Origin: Escherichia coli
GTDB lineage: Bacteria; Pseudomonadota; Gammaproteobacteria; Enterobacterales; Enterobacteriaceae
DNA: 64,000 bases
NCBI RefSeq assembly: GCF_024502345.1
Contig: NZ_JALDNN010000001.1
Reading direction: 5' to 3' (one strand)
Shown here: piece after piece, positions 25,198 to 35,205 of the stretch
How positions within the stretch are numbered: the stretch's first letter is position 1
Layout: each line of letters starts with the position of its first letter
Translations under genes and position numbers: made by a program
The notes under the pieces: generated by a model
Told to the model about the DNA's origin: nothing
The model's database searches: none
The model's input: only the letters and a program-made list of their open reading frames with translations

Positions 25198-27630
25198 ATG
25201 ACCACACTGAAACTGGACACGCTCAGCGACCGCATTAAAGCGCACAAAAATGCGCTGGTGCATATTGTGAAACCGCCAGTCTGTACCGAGCGCGCGCAGC
25301 ACTATACCGAGATGTATCAACAACATCTCGATAAGCCGATCCCGGTACGTCGCGCGCTGGCACTGGCGCATCACCTGGCGAATCGCACCATCTGGATCAA
25401 ACACGATGAGTTGATCATTGGCAACCAGGCAAGCGAAGTTCGCGCCGCGCCGATCTTCCCGGAATATACTGTCTCGTGGATCGAAAAAGAGATTGATGAT
25501 CTGGCAGATCGTCCCGGTGCTGGCTTTGCGGTGAGCGAAGAGAACAAACGCGTTCTGCATGAAGTGTGCCCGTGGTGGCGCGGTCAGACCGTACAGGATC
25601 GCTGCTACGGCATGTTTACCGATGAGCAAAAAGGTCTGCTGGCGACCGGAATCATTAAAGCGGAAGGCAATATGACCTCCGGCGATGCGCACCTGGCGGT
25701 GAATTTCCCGCTGCTGCTGGAAAAAGGTCTTGATGGTCTGCGTGAGAAAGTAGCGGAACGTCGCTCGCGCATCAATCTGACGGTGCTGGAAGATTTACAT
25801 GGCGAACAATTCCTGAAAGCGATTGATATCGTGCTGGTGGCAGTCAGTGAACACATTGAACGTTTCGCTGCCCTGGCGCGTGAAATGGCTGCTACCGAAA
25901 CTCGCGAAAGCCGTCGCGATGAACTGCTGACGATGGCAGAAAACTGCGATCTTATCGCCCACCAGCCGCCGCAGACTTTCTGGCAGGCGCTGCAACTGTG
26001 TTACTTCATCCAATTGATTTTGCAGATCGAATCTAACGGTCACTCGGTATCGTTTGGTCGTATGGACCAGTATCTCTACCCGTACTATCGCCGCGACGTT
26101 GAACTCAACCAGACGCTGGATCGCGAACACGCCATCGAGATGCTGCATAGCTGCTGGCTGAAACTGCTGGAAGTGAACAAGATCCGCTCCGGCTCACACT
26201 CAAAAGCCTCTGCGGGAAGTCCGCTGTATCAGAACGTTACCATTGGCGGACAAAATCTGGTTGATGGTCAACCAATGGATGCAGTGAATCCCCTCTCTTA
26301 CGCGATCCTCGAATCCTGCGGTCGCCTGCGTTCCACTCAGCCTAACCTCAGCGTGCGTTACCATGCAGGAATGAGTAATGATTTCCTCGACGCCTGCGTA
26401 CAGGTGATCCGTTGCGGCTTCGGGATGCCGGCGTTCAACAACGACGAAATCGTGATCCCGGAATTTATTAAACTCGGTATTGAACCGCAGGACGCTTACG
26501 ACTACGCAGCGATTGGTTGTATCGAAACCGCCGTCGGTGGCAAATGGGGCTATCGCTGTACCGGCATGAGCTTTATCAACTTCGCCCGCGTGATGCTGGC
26601 GGCGCTGGAAGGCGGGCGTGATGCCACCAGCGGCAAAGTGTTCCTGCCACAAGAAAAAGCGTTGTCGGCAGGCAACTTTAACAATTTCGATGAAGTAATG
26701 GACGCGTGGGATACGCAAATCCGTTATTACACGCGTAAATCAATCGAAATCGAATATGTCGTCGACACCATGCTGGAAGAGAACGTACACGATATTCTCT
26801 GCTCGGCGCTGGTGGATGACTGTATTGAGCGAGCGAAAAGTATCAAGCAAGGCGGCGCGAAATATGACTGGGTTTCTGGCCTGCAGGTTGGCATTGCCAA
26901 CCTCGGCAACAGCCTGGCGGCAGTGAAGAAACTGGTATTTGAACAGGGCGCGATTGGTCAGCAACAGCTGGCTGCCGCACTGGCGGATGACTTCGATGGC
27001 CTGACTCATGAGCAACTGCGTCAGCGGCTGATTAACGGTGCGCCGAAGTACGGCAACGACGATGATACCGTCGATACGCTGCTGGCTCGCGCTTATCAGA
27101 CCTATATCGACGAACTGAAACAGTACCATAACCCGCGCTACGGTCGTGGTCCGGTTGGCGGCAACTATTACGCGGGTACCTCGTCTATCTCCGCTAACGT
27201 ACCGTTTGGCGCGCAAACTATGGCAACACCGGACGGGCGTAAAGCCCACACCCCGCTGGCAGAAGGCGCAAGCCCGGCCTCCGGTACTGACCATCTTGGC
27301 CCTACTGCGGTCATTGGCTCGGTGGGTAAACTGCCTACGGCAGCGATTCTCGGCGGCGTGTTGCTCAACCAGAAACTGAATCCGGCAACGCTGGAGAACG
27401 AATCTGACAAGCAGAAGCTGATGATCCTGCTGCGCACCTTCTTCGAGGTGCATAAAGGCTGGCATATTCAGTACAACATCGTTTCCCGCGAAACGCTGCT
27501 GGAGGCGAAAAAACATCCGGATCAGTACCGCGATCTGGTAGTGCGTGTCGCGGGTTATTCCGCCTTCTTCACCGCGCTCTCTCCAGACGCTCAGGACGAT
27601 ATCATCGCTCGTACTGAACATATGCTGTAA
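25198..27630 (+). CDS. ybiW: glycyl radical enzyme (pyruvate formate-lyase homolog) YbiW
   Basis: 810-aa ORF with C-terminal glycyl radical motif (RVAGYSA). Confidence 0.92.
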   Translation: MTTLKLDTLSDRIKAHKNALVHIVKPPVCTERAQHYTEMYQQHLDKPIPVRRALALAHHLANRTIWIKHDELIIGNQASEVRAAPIFPEYTVSWIEKEIDDLADRPGAGFAVSEENKRVLHEVCPWWRGQTVQDRCYGMFTDEQKGLLATGIIKAEGNMTSGDAHLAVNFPLLLEKGLDGLREKVAERRSRINLTVLEDLHGEQFLKAIDIVLVAVSEHIERFAALAREMAATETRESRRDELLTMAENCDLIAHQPPQTFWQALQLCYFIQLILQIESNGHSVSFGRMDQYLYPYYRRDVELNQTLDREHAIEMLHSCWLKLLEVNKIRSGSHSKASAGSPLYQNVTIGGQNLVDGQPMDAVNPLSYAILESCGRLRSTQPNLSVRYHAGMSNDFLDACVQVIRCGFGMPAFNNDEIVIPEFIKLGIEPQDAYDYAAIGCIETAVGGKWGYRCTGMSFINFARVMLAALEGGRDATSGKVFLPQEKALSAGNFNNFDEVMDAWDTQIRYYTRKSIEIEYVVDTMLEENVHDILCSALVDDCIERAKSIKQGGAKYDWVSGLQVGIANLGNSLAAVKKLVFEQGAIGQQQLAAALADDFDGLTHEQLRQRLINGAPKYGNDDDTVDTLLARAYQTYIDELKQYHNPRYGRGPVGGNYYAGTSSISANVPFGAQTMATPDGRKAHTPLAEGASPASGTDHLGPTAVIGSVGKLPTAAILGGVLLNQKLNPATLENESDKQKLMILLRTFFEVHKGWHIQYNIVSRETLLEAKKHPDQYRDLVVRVAGYSAFFTALSPDAQDDIIARTEHML

Positions 27631-27775
27631 TCTCTTCGGCCCGGCTGCGGCGTCGCCGGGCTAAATCATTCACATCATCAATTTCATCCTTACTTTCATT
27701 CGAAATATAATTTGTGCTCTGCGTCACATTGTTATTACACTGTTACGGTTTCATTTTCGAGCCAGGAGCACACCT

Positions 27776-28591
27776 ATGAGCGTAAAAGTTATCGTCACAG
27801 ACATGGACGGTACTTTTCTTAACGACGCCAAAACGTACAACCAACCACGTTTTATGGCGCAATATCAGGAACTGAAAAAGCGCGGCATTGAGTTCGTTGT
27901 CGCCAGCGGTAATCAGTATTACCAGCTTATTTCGTTCTTTCCTGAGCTAAAGGATGAGATCTCTTTTGTCGCGGAAAACGGCGCACTGGTTTACGAACAT
28001 GGCAAGCAACTGTTCCACGGCGAACTGACCCGACATGAATCGCGGATTGTTATTGGCGAGTTGCTAAAAGATAAGCAACTCAATTTTGTCGCCTGCGGTC
28101 TGCAAAGTGCATATGTCAGCGAAAATGCCCCCGAAGCATTTGTCGCACTGATGGCAAAACACTACCATCGCCTGAAAGCTGTAAAAGATTATCAGGAGAT
28201 TGACGACGTACTGTTCAAGTTTTCGCTCAACCTGCCAGATGAACAAATCCCGTTAGTGATCGACAAACTGCACATAGCGCTCGATGGCATTATGAAACCC
28301 GTCACCAGTGGTTTTGGCTTTATCGACCTGATTATTCCCGGTCTACATAAAGCAAACGGTATTTCGCGGTTACTGAAATGCTGGGATCTGTCACCGCAAA
28401 ATGTGGTAGCGATTGGCGACAGCGGTAACGATGCGGAGATGCTGAAAATGGCGCGTTATTCCTTTGCGATGGGCAATGCTGCGGAAAACATTAAACAAAT
28501 CGCCCGTTACGCTACCGATGATAATAATCATGAAGGCGCGCTGAATGTGATTCAGGCGGTGCTGGATAACACATCCCCTTTTAACAGCTGA
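27776..28591 (+). CDS. ybiV: HAD-superfamily sugar phosphatase YbiV
   Basis: 271-aa ORF, DMDGTF and GDSGND motifs; paralog of ybjI. Confidence 0.9.
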   Translation: MSVKVIVTDMDGTFLNDAKTYNQPRFMAQYQELKKRGIEFVVASGNQYYQLISFFPELKDEISFVAENGALVYEHGKQLFHGELTRHESRIVIGELLKDKQLNFVACGLQSAYVSENAPEAFVALMAKHYHRLKAVKDYQEIDDVLFKFSLNLPDEQIPLVIDKLHIALDGIMKPVTSGFGFIDLIIPGLHKANGISRLLKCWDLSPQNVVAIGDSGNDAEMLKMARYSFAMGNAAENIKQIARYATDDNNHEGALNVIQAVLDNTSPFNS

Positions 28592-28598
28592 CCTCTCT

Positions 28599-28632
28599 AC
28601 CGGAGCCGTGCGCTCCGGTTTTCCCTTCTTTT
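28599..28632 (+). terminator. rho-independent terminator after ybiV
   Basis: accggagc...gctccggt hairpin followed by T-rich tract. Confidence 0.55.
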
Positions 28633-28736
28633 TACATCCTGTACATCACATCAAATCATTAAACTTGCATTAACTTATTTATAACTTATATTGTCACATG
28701 CAAATCAGAATGGTTTCGAATGAAAGTTAATGAGAG

Positions 28737-30008
28737 GTGGTTATAGCTTCTACTTTTACCAGCGACACATTGCCTGCCGATCACAAAGCAGCTATCCGTC
28801 AGATGAAGCACGCGCTGCGGGCGCAGCTTGGCGACGTCCAGCAGATCTTTAATCAGCTAAGCGATGACATTGCCACGCGAGTGGCTGAAATCAACGCACT
28901 CAAAGCACAGGGCGATGCCGTCTGGCCGGTGCTGTCTTATGCCGATATCAAAGCAGGTCATGTTACTGCAGAGCAGCGCGAACAGATTAAACGTCGCGGT
29001 TGTGCGGTGATAAAAGGCCATTTCCCCCGCGAACAAGCGCTAGGCTGGGATCAGTCGATGCTGGACTATCTGGACCGCAACCGCTTTGACGAGGTCTACA
29101 AAGGCCCCGGCGATAATTTCTTCGGGACGCTCAGCGCTTCACGTCCCGAGATTTACCCCATCTACTGGTCGCAGGCGCAAATGCAGGCCCGCCAGAGTGA
29201 AGAAATGGCGAATGCGCAGTCGTTTCTCAATCGTCTGTGGACATTTGAAAGTGATGGAAAGCAATGGTTTAACCCGGATGTGAGCGTCATCTACCCTGAC
29301 CGTATCCGCCGCCGTCCGCCCGGAACGACCTCCAAAGGTCTTGGAGCGCATACCGACTCCGGGGCGCTGGAACGCTGGCTGCTTCCAGCGTATCAGCGCG
29401 TTTTCGCCAACGTCTTTAATGGCAATCTGGCGCAATATGATCCCTAGCATGCGGCACATCGTACGGAAGTTGAAGAGTACACGGTGGACAACACCACCAA
29501 ATGTTCCGTGTTTCGGACATTCCAGGGCTGGACAGCGCTCTCTGATATGCTGCCTGGTCAGGGGTTGCTGCACGTTGTGCCCATTCCTGAAGCCATGGCG
29601 TACGTACTGTTACGTCCGCTGCTTGATGATGTGCCGGAGGATGAACTGTGCGGCGTAGCGCCCGGAAGAGTGTTGCCGGTATCAGAGCAATGGCATCCAC
29701 TGTTAATTGAGGCGTTAACCAGCATTCCAAAACTCGAGGCCGGAGACTCCGTCTGGTGGCACTGCGACGTCATCCATTCCGTTGCCCCCGTTGAAAATCA
29801 ACAGGGTTGGGGCAACGTGATGTACATTCCTGCGGCACCGATGTGCGAGAAAAATCTTGCCTACGCGCACAAGGTGAAGGCCGCACTGGAAAAAGGCGCA
29901 TCGCCGGGCGACTTCCCGCGCGAGGACTATGAAACAAACTGGGAAGGACGCTTTACGCTTGCCGACCTCAACATTCACGGTAAGCGAGCGTTGGGCATGG
30001 ATGTTTGA
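28737..30008 (+). pseudogene. ybiU: ybiU (DUF1479 protein) with an in-frame TAG at 29445-29447
   Basis: ORFs 28737-29447 and 29484-30008 are in the same frame with no other stop between them; together they give a ~423-codon product. Confidence 0.75.
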
Positions 30009-30061
30009 GAGTTAATGGAAGTGAATTGATGTGGGATTAAGAAAATCGATTCGACGTTACT

Positions 30062-30210
30062 CAGATTGCTGACAAGTGCGCTTTCTTAATGCCTGATGCG
30101 GCGTTAACGCCTTATCTGGCCTACAAAGTCCTGCAGATTCAATATATTACAGGTACTGCGTAGGCCTGATAAGCGTAGCGCATCAGGCTATTTTGCATTT
30201 GTCATCAGCC
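30062..30210. repeat. composite REP/BIME cluster, paralogous to 55240-55390
   Basis: REP palindromes gcctgatgcggcgttaacgccttatctggcctac and gtaggcctgataagcgtagcgcatcaggc with shared flanking blocks. Confidence 0.8.
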
Positions 30211-30211
30211 G

Positions 30212-30240
30212 CCGTCACCCCGACAGTATCGGGGTGACGG
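30212..30240 (-). terminator. stem-loop immediately downstream of ybiT
   Basis: cgtcaccccg...cggggtgacg perfect hairpin. Confidence 0.5.
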
Positions 30241-30248
30241 ATAATCAC

Positions 30249-31841
30249 TTACTCGATCCCTTTACTACGCAGGTAATCTTCGTAATTACCGCTAAAGTCG
30301 ATCACGCGTTCCGGGGTGATTTCCAGAATGCGGGTCGCCAGGGAGCTTACGAACTCACGGTCGTGTGAAACAAAGATCAGCGTGCCCTGATACAGTTCCA
30401 GCGCCATGTTCAGTGACTCGATGGATTCCATATCCAGGTGGTTGGTCGGTTCGTCCATGATCAGAATGTTCGGCTTCTGCATCATTAACTTACCAAACAG
30501 CATCCGCCCTTTTTCCCCACCGGAAAGCACTTTAGCTGGCTTTTTGATGTCGTCCTGGCTGAACAGCAAACGACCGAGAATGCTGCGTACCGCCTGCTCG
30601 TCATCGCCTTCCTGCTTCCACTGACTCATCCATTCGAACACGGTCAGATCATTTTCAAACTCATATTCGTGGTCCTGGGCGTAGTAACCAATGCGCGCGT
30701 TTTCAGACCATTTTACGGTGCCGCTGTCCGGTTGCAGATCGCCCACCAGCGTTTTCAGCAGCGTTGATTTACCGACGCCGTTGGTACCCAGTACCGCAAG
30801 TTTTTCACCGACCTCCAGCAGCAGGTTGAGATTTTTAAACAGTGGACCGTTATCAAACCCTTTGGTCAGACCTTCCACTTCCAGCGCGTTACGGAACAGT
30901 TTCTTATCCTGTTCAAAACGGATGAACGGGTTCTGACGGCTGGAGGCTTTCACCTCTTCCAGTTTGATTTTATCAATCTGGCGCGCGCGCGAAGTTGCCT
31001 GGCGAGATTTCGAGGCGTTGGCGCTAAAGCGGCTAACGAAAGATTGCAACTCAGCAATCTGCGCTTTCTTCTTGGCGTTATCGGCCAGCAGACGTTCACG
31101 CGCCTGGGTCGCCGCCGTCATGTACTCATCGTAGTTACCCGGATAAACGCGCAGCTCGCCGTAATCCAGATCCGCCATGTGGGTACAGACCATGTTAAGG
31201 AAGTGACGGTCGTGCGAGATGATGATCATGGTGCTGTCACGCTCGTTCAGCACCTGTTCCAGCCAGCGAATGGTGTCGATGTCGAGGTTGTTGGTCGGTT
31301 CGTCGAGCAGGAGAATATCCGGATCAGCAAACAGCGCCTGCGCCAGAAGCACACGCAGCTTCCAGCCAGGAGCAACTTCACTCATCGGGCCGTAGTGCTG
31401 TTCCACTGGAATTCCCACGCCAAGCAACAATTCACCGGCGCGAGCTTCCGCAGAGTAACCGTCCATTTCGCCGTATTTAACTTCCAGATCGGCCACTTTA
31501 TAGCCGTCTTCCTCACTCATTTCCGGCAAAGCATAGATGCGGTCACGCTCCTGCTTCACTTCCCACAACTCTTTATGCCCCATGATCACCGTATCCAGCA
31601 CAGTGAACTCTTCAAAGGCAAACTGATCCTGACGCAGCTTACCAATGCGCTCGTTGGGATCGAGGGAAACGTTACCCAAAGTCGGCTCTAAGTCGCCGCC
31701 GAGGATCTTCATAAAGGTGGATTTACCACTACCGTTCGCGCCAATCAGGCCGTAACGGTTGCCGCCGCCAAATTTGACGGAAATGTTTTCAAACAACGGC
31801 TTACTGCCGAACTGCATGGTGACGTTACTGGAAACTAACAC
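30249..31841 (-). CDS. ybiT: ABC-F family ATPase YbiT (two ABC domains, no membrane domain)
   Basis: 530-aa ORF with two Walker A motifs and two ABC signature motifs. Confidence 0.92.
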
Positions 31842-32059
31842 AGGCGTATCCTGAAAAGAGATATGACAAACCGCGCATTATGCCATAAGTCTGAAAGAAG
31901 ATCCTGCTCCTCGCTTAAGGTCTACACTCAAGCCAAAGGCAAAAAATGTGATTTCGTACACATCTGATTTCACTGTGAGCTGGAATGAACTTATAATGCG
32001 CTTCCAATACTCTAATATTCTCAACCCAATGGCCTGCCAGGCACAAAATCTCGCTTAAC

Positions 32060-32980
32060 ATGAATATGAAATTGAAAACATTATTCGCAGCGGCCTTCGC
32101 TGTTGTCGGCTTTTGCAGTACCGCCTCTGCGGTAACTTATCCTCTGCCAACCGACGGGAGTCGCCTGGTTGGTCAGAATCAGGTGATCACCATTCCTGAA
32201 GGTAACACTCAGCCGCTGGAGTATTTTGCCGCGGAGTACCAGATGGGGCTTTCCAATATGATGGAAGCGAACCCGGGTGTGGATACCTTCCTGCCGAAAG
32301 GCGGTACTGTACTGAACATTCCGCAGCAGCTGATCCTGCCGGATACCGTTCATGAAGGCATCGTCATTAACAGTGCAGAGATGCGTCTGTATTACTATCC
32401 GAAAGGGACCAACACCGTTATCGTGCTGCCGATCGGCATTGGTCAGTTAGGCAAAGATACGCCTATCAACTGGACCACCAAAGTTGAGCGTAAGAAAGCA
32501 GGCCCGACCTGGACGCCGACCGCCAAAATGCACGCAGAGTACCGCGCTGCGGGCGAACCGCTTCCGGCTGTCGTTCCGGCAGGTCCGGATAACCCGATGG
32601 GGCTGTATGCACTCTACATCGGTCGCCTGTACGCTATCCATGGCACCAACGCCAACTTCGGTATCGGCCTGCGTGTAAGTCATGGTTGTGTGCGTCTGCG
32701 TAACGAAGACATCAAATTCCTGTTCGAGAAAGTACCGGTCGGTACCCGCGTACAGTTTATTGATGAGCCGGTAAAAGCGACCACCGAGCCAGACGGCAGC
32801 CGTTATATTGAAGTCCATAACCCGCTGTCTACCACCGAAGCCCAGTTTGAAGGTCAGGAAATTGTGCCAATTACCCTGACGAAGAGCGTGCAAACAGTGA
32901 CCGGTCAGCCAGATGTTGACCAGGTTGTTCTTGATGAAGCGATCAAAAATCGTTCCGGGATGCCGGTTCGTCTGAATTAA
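32060..32980 (+). CDS. ldtB: L,D-transpeptidase LdtB (YbiS)
   Basis: 306-aa ORF; signal peptide, YkuD domain with catalytic SHGCVR motif. Confidence 0.92.
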
Positions 32981-33000
32981 TCGTCAAAACGTAAAACAAA

Positions 33001-33027
33001 GGCGGACTCATAATCCGCCTTTTTTAT
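33001..33027. terminator. bidirectional rho-independent terminator between ldtB and ybiR
   Basis: ggcgga...tccgcc hairpin flanked by A-run upstream and T-run downstream. Confidence 0.65.
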
Positions 33028-33037
33028 TTGCCAGACC

Positions 33038-34156
33038 TTACCAGGCCGGGATCATAACTAACAAAACGTATCCCACCAGCGCCGCCCACAACAGCATCGG
33101 TATTGAATAGAGATGGAAACGCCACCAGATGCGGCGATCGTTCGCCATACGTAGCGCAATCAAATTTGCCAGCGATCCTGGTAATAAACCAAAGCCCCCC
33201 ACGTTTACCGCCCATACCAGTAATAAAGACGGCGGCACATAGTTCAGCAACAATATGGTACTCGGCACGTTACTGATCACCTGCGATAAACCGATTGCCG
33301 TTAACCATAACCCGGGTTCAGATAGATGACTCACGTTACCCAACACGCCTTGCAACGCTGGAAGCTGGGTCAGTAAATGGACGTCGATAAACATCGCCAT
33401 AAACACCAGCAGCAGCGTCCAGTCCACACTGAGCACCACGCGACGTGCCAGCAGCGCAAAGCCCACCGCCACAATCACCAGTCCCCACAGCTCTTGTTTT
33501 AACTCCAGCGCCGTCAGAAAGACGATATACAGTCCCAGACAACTCCACACCAGCCGCGGTTTCCACTCCGGCGTTTGCACCCCCGTATGGTATTGCAGCG
33601 CCTTTCCAGGGAAACAACACCAGCACAGGAGCAGGAGCGTCAGCATCATTGCGCCAGCCAGCGGTGCCATTTGGGCAATAAATCCGGCAAACGAAAGACC
33701 AGAACGTCCCCAGATAAGAATATTTTGCGGGTTGCCAATTGGCGTCAGTAGCGAACCAGCGTTGACTGCCAGCGCCTCAAAAATAATCAGCCGATTAACC
33801 GGGATCTCACACAGTCTTTTTAGCGTGATAGTCAGCGGAACAACAATAAACAGCGCGACATCGTTGGTCAGAAAGGTAGAAAGCAGCGCCGCCGCCAGCA
33901 CCATAAACATCGCCAGCCGACGCTCCGTAGCAAAGCGGCGCACCATTTTGCGCCCCAGCACATCAAAATAACCGCTTAACTCCACACCTTTGGTCAGCAG
34001 CATCAGGCCGCTTAAGGTGATGATGGTGTGCCAGTCGATAGCAGCAGGCCAGGATTTCGGTGCAAAGGGCACGAAAACGCTTAATCCGATACCAACAAGA
34101 ATTAATAACTGAAAAAAACGATCGCCTTGCAGCGTGCGTAAAAAAGGCAGGCTCAT
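33038..34156 (-). CDS. ybiR: putative anion transporter YbiR (ArsB/NhaD permease superfamily)
   Basis: 372-aa polytopic membrane protein. Confidence 0.88.
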   Translation of the reverse strand: MSLPFLRTLQGDRFFQLLILVGIGLSVFVPFAPKSWPAAIDWHTIITLSGLMLLTKGVELSGYFDVLGRKMVRRFATERRLAMFMVLAAALLSTFLTNDVALFIVVPLTITLKRLCEIPVNRLIIFEALAVNAGSLLTPIGNPQNILIWGRSGLSFAGFIAQMAPLAGAMMLTLLLLCWCCFPGKALQYHTGVQTPEWKPRLVWSCLGLYIVFLTALELKQELWGLVIVAVGFALLARRVVLSVDWTLLLVFMAMFIDVHLLTQLPALQGVLGNVSHLSEPGLWLTAIGLSQVISNVPSTILLLNYVPPSLLLVWAVNVGGFGLLPGSLANLIALRMANDRRIWWRFHLYSIPMLLWAALVGYVLLVMIPAW

Positions 34157-34620
34157 TTGGCACCGTGTTTCTGGGTAAACAAACGAAAAGCGTCGAGCGT
34201 CTCTTCACTAACATGGTGCTCCATGCCTTCCGCGTCGCGACGGGCGATTTCCGGACTGACGCCCAACATCAACAAGAAATTTTCGACTATCTGATGTCGC
34301 TCGCGGCTTTCCTGCGCCAGCTTCTCTCCTTCTGCCGTTAAAAACACGCCACGCCAGGGGATCATTTCAATCAGCCCCATGGTTGCCAGCCGCTTAAGCA
34401 TTTTAGCCACCGTCGGTTGCGAAACTCCCAGACGAGCAGCCATGTCCACCTGACGAGCTTCCCCCACTTCCCTGATCAAGTCAGAAATCAGCTCAACGTA
34501 ATCATCAATAAGCTCGCGCCGATGCGCCTCTCTGACCTGGCGGAACCCTTCAACGTGCTCTTCCACGTTCACTAACTGCGTCACTTTTTTTGCTGTTGGC
34601 GTACCTGCGCGACGACTCAT
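34153..34620 (-). CDS. mntR: manganese-responsive transcriptional regulator MntR (DtxR family)
   Basis: 155-aa ORF; overlaps ybiR start by 4 nt. Confidence 0.92.
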   Translation of the reverse strand: MSRRAGTPTAKKVTQLVNVEEHVEGFRQVREAHRRELIDDYVELISDLIREVGEARQVDMAARLGVSQPTVAKMLKRLATMGLIEMIPWRGVFLTAEGEKLAQESRERHQIVENFLLMLGVSPEIARRDAEGMEHHVSEETLDAFRLFTQKHGAK

Positions 34621-34716
34621 TGTGCTTCCTCATTATGGTGACGCATACATAGCGTTCTCATTTCGTGCGCACATTGTAAACCAGAGTTGCGAAGGTACAA
34701 AAAATTAACGTTTTAG

Positions 34717-34745
34717 CAATAGCTATATAATATAGCCTGTGCTAT
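34717..34745. promoter_or_regulatory. candidate MntR operator(s) upstream of mntS
   Basis: inverted repeat ATAGC-ctgt-GCTAT (34732-34745) and adjacent atagctatataatatagc; matches the MntR half-site as I recall it. Confidence 0.5.
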
Positions 34746-34805
34746 ATCTGTATGTAATGCAATCATCCCTCAAGGATCGACGGGATTAGCAAGTCAGGAG
34801 GTCTT

Positions 34806-34934
34806 ATGAATGAGTTCAAGAGGTGTATGCGCGTGTTTAGTCATTCTCCCTTTAAAGTACGGTTAATGCTGCTCTCTATGTTGTGCGATATGGTCAACAA
34901 CAAACCGCAGCAAGATAAACCTTCCGATAAATAG
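34806..34934 (+). CDS. mntS: small protein MntS (42 aa)
   Basis: ATG preceded by AGGAGG at 34794-34799; translation MNEFKRCMRVFSHSPFKVRLMLLSMLCDMVNNKPQQDKPSDK; below the ORF-track size cutoff. Confidence 0.85.
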   Translation: MNEFKRCMRVFSHSPFKVRLMLLSMLCDMVNNKPQQDKPSDK

Positions 34935-35205
34935 CGGCGTCGCGGTACGCCGCTTCACTCCTGCTTTCATGCAGGCATAACGCGTTTTGGTCTGAAAAAC
35001 CCCACTTTTTGTCGGATTTGCAATCCCCTTCGCAAAAGATTTGTTCGTCAGTAGTTGACCTGAACGGCGGCTCGCTCTATCTTCTTGCAGCCCTGCGTAT
35101 ATTGCGGCTCGCGGATGCGGACCCCTTTCCACTCTTCACGCACTCTTGCAGGTATTGACCCTTGACGCCAGGGTAAGCACATGGCGTTTGTTACGATAGT
35201 GGCAT

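Noticed and set aside
26740-27621. 293-aa minus-strand ORF inside ybiW
   Set aside because: Entirely antisense to a highly conserved glycyl radical enzyme gene; a typical high-GC antisense frame artefact
31044-31691. 215-aa plus-strand ORF inside ybiT
   Set aside because: Antisense to the ABC-F ATPase gene; no independent support
34863-35132. 89-aa minus-strand ORF between mntR and opgE
   Set aside because: Antisense to the well-supported mntS small gene (strong RBS, terminator) and lacks its own RBS; treated as spurious
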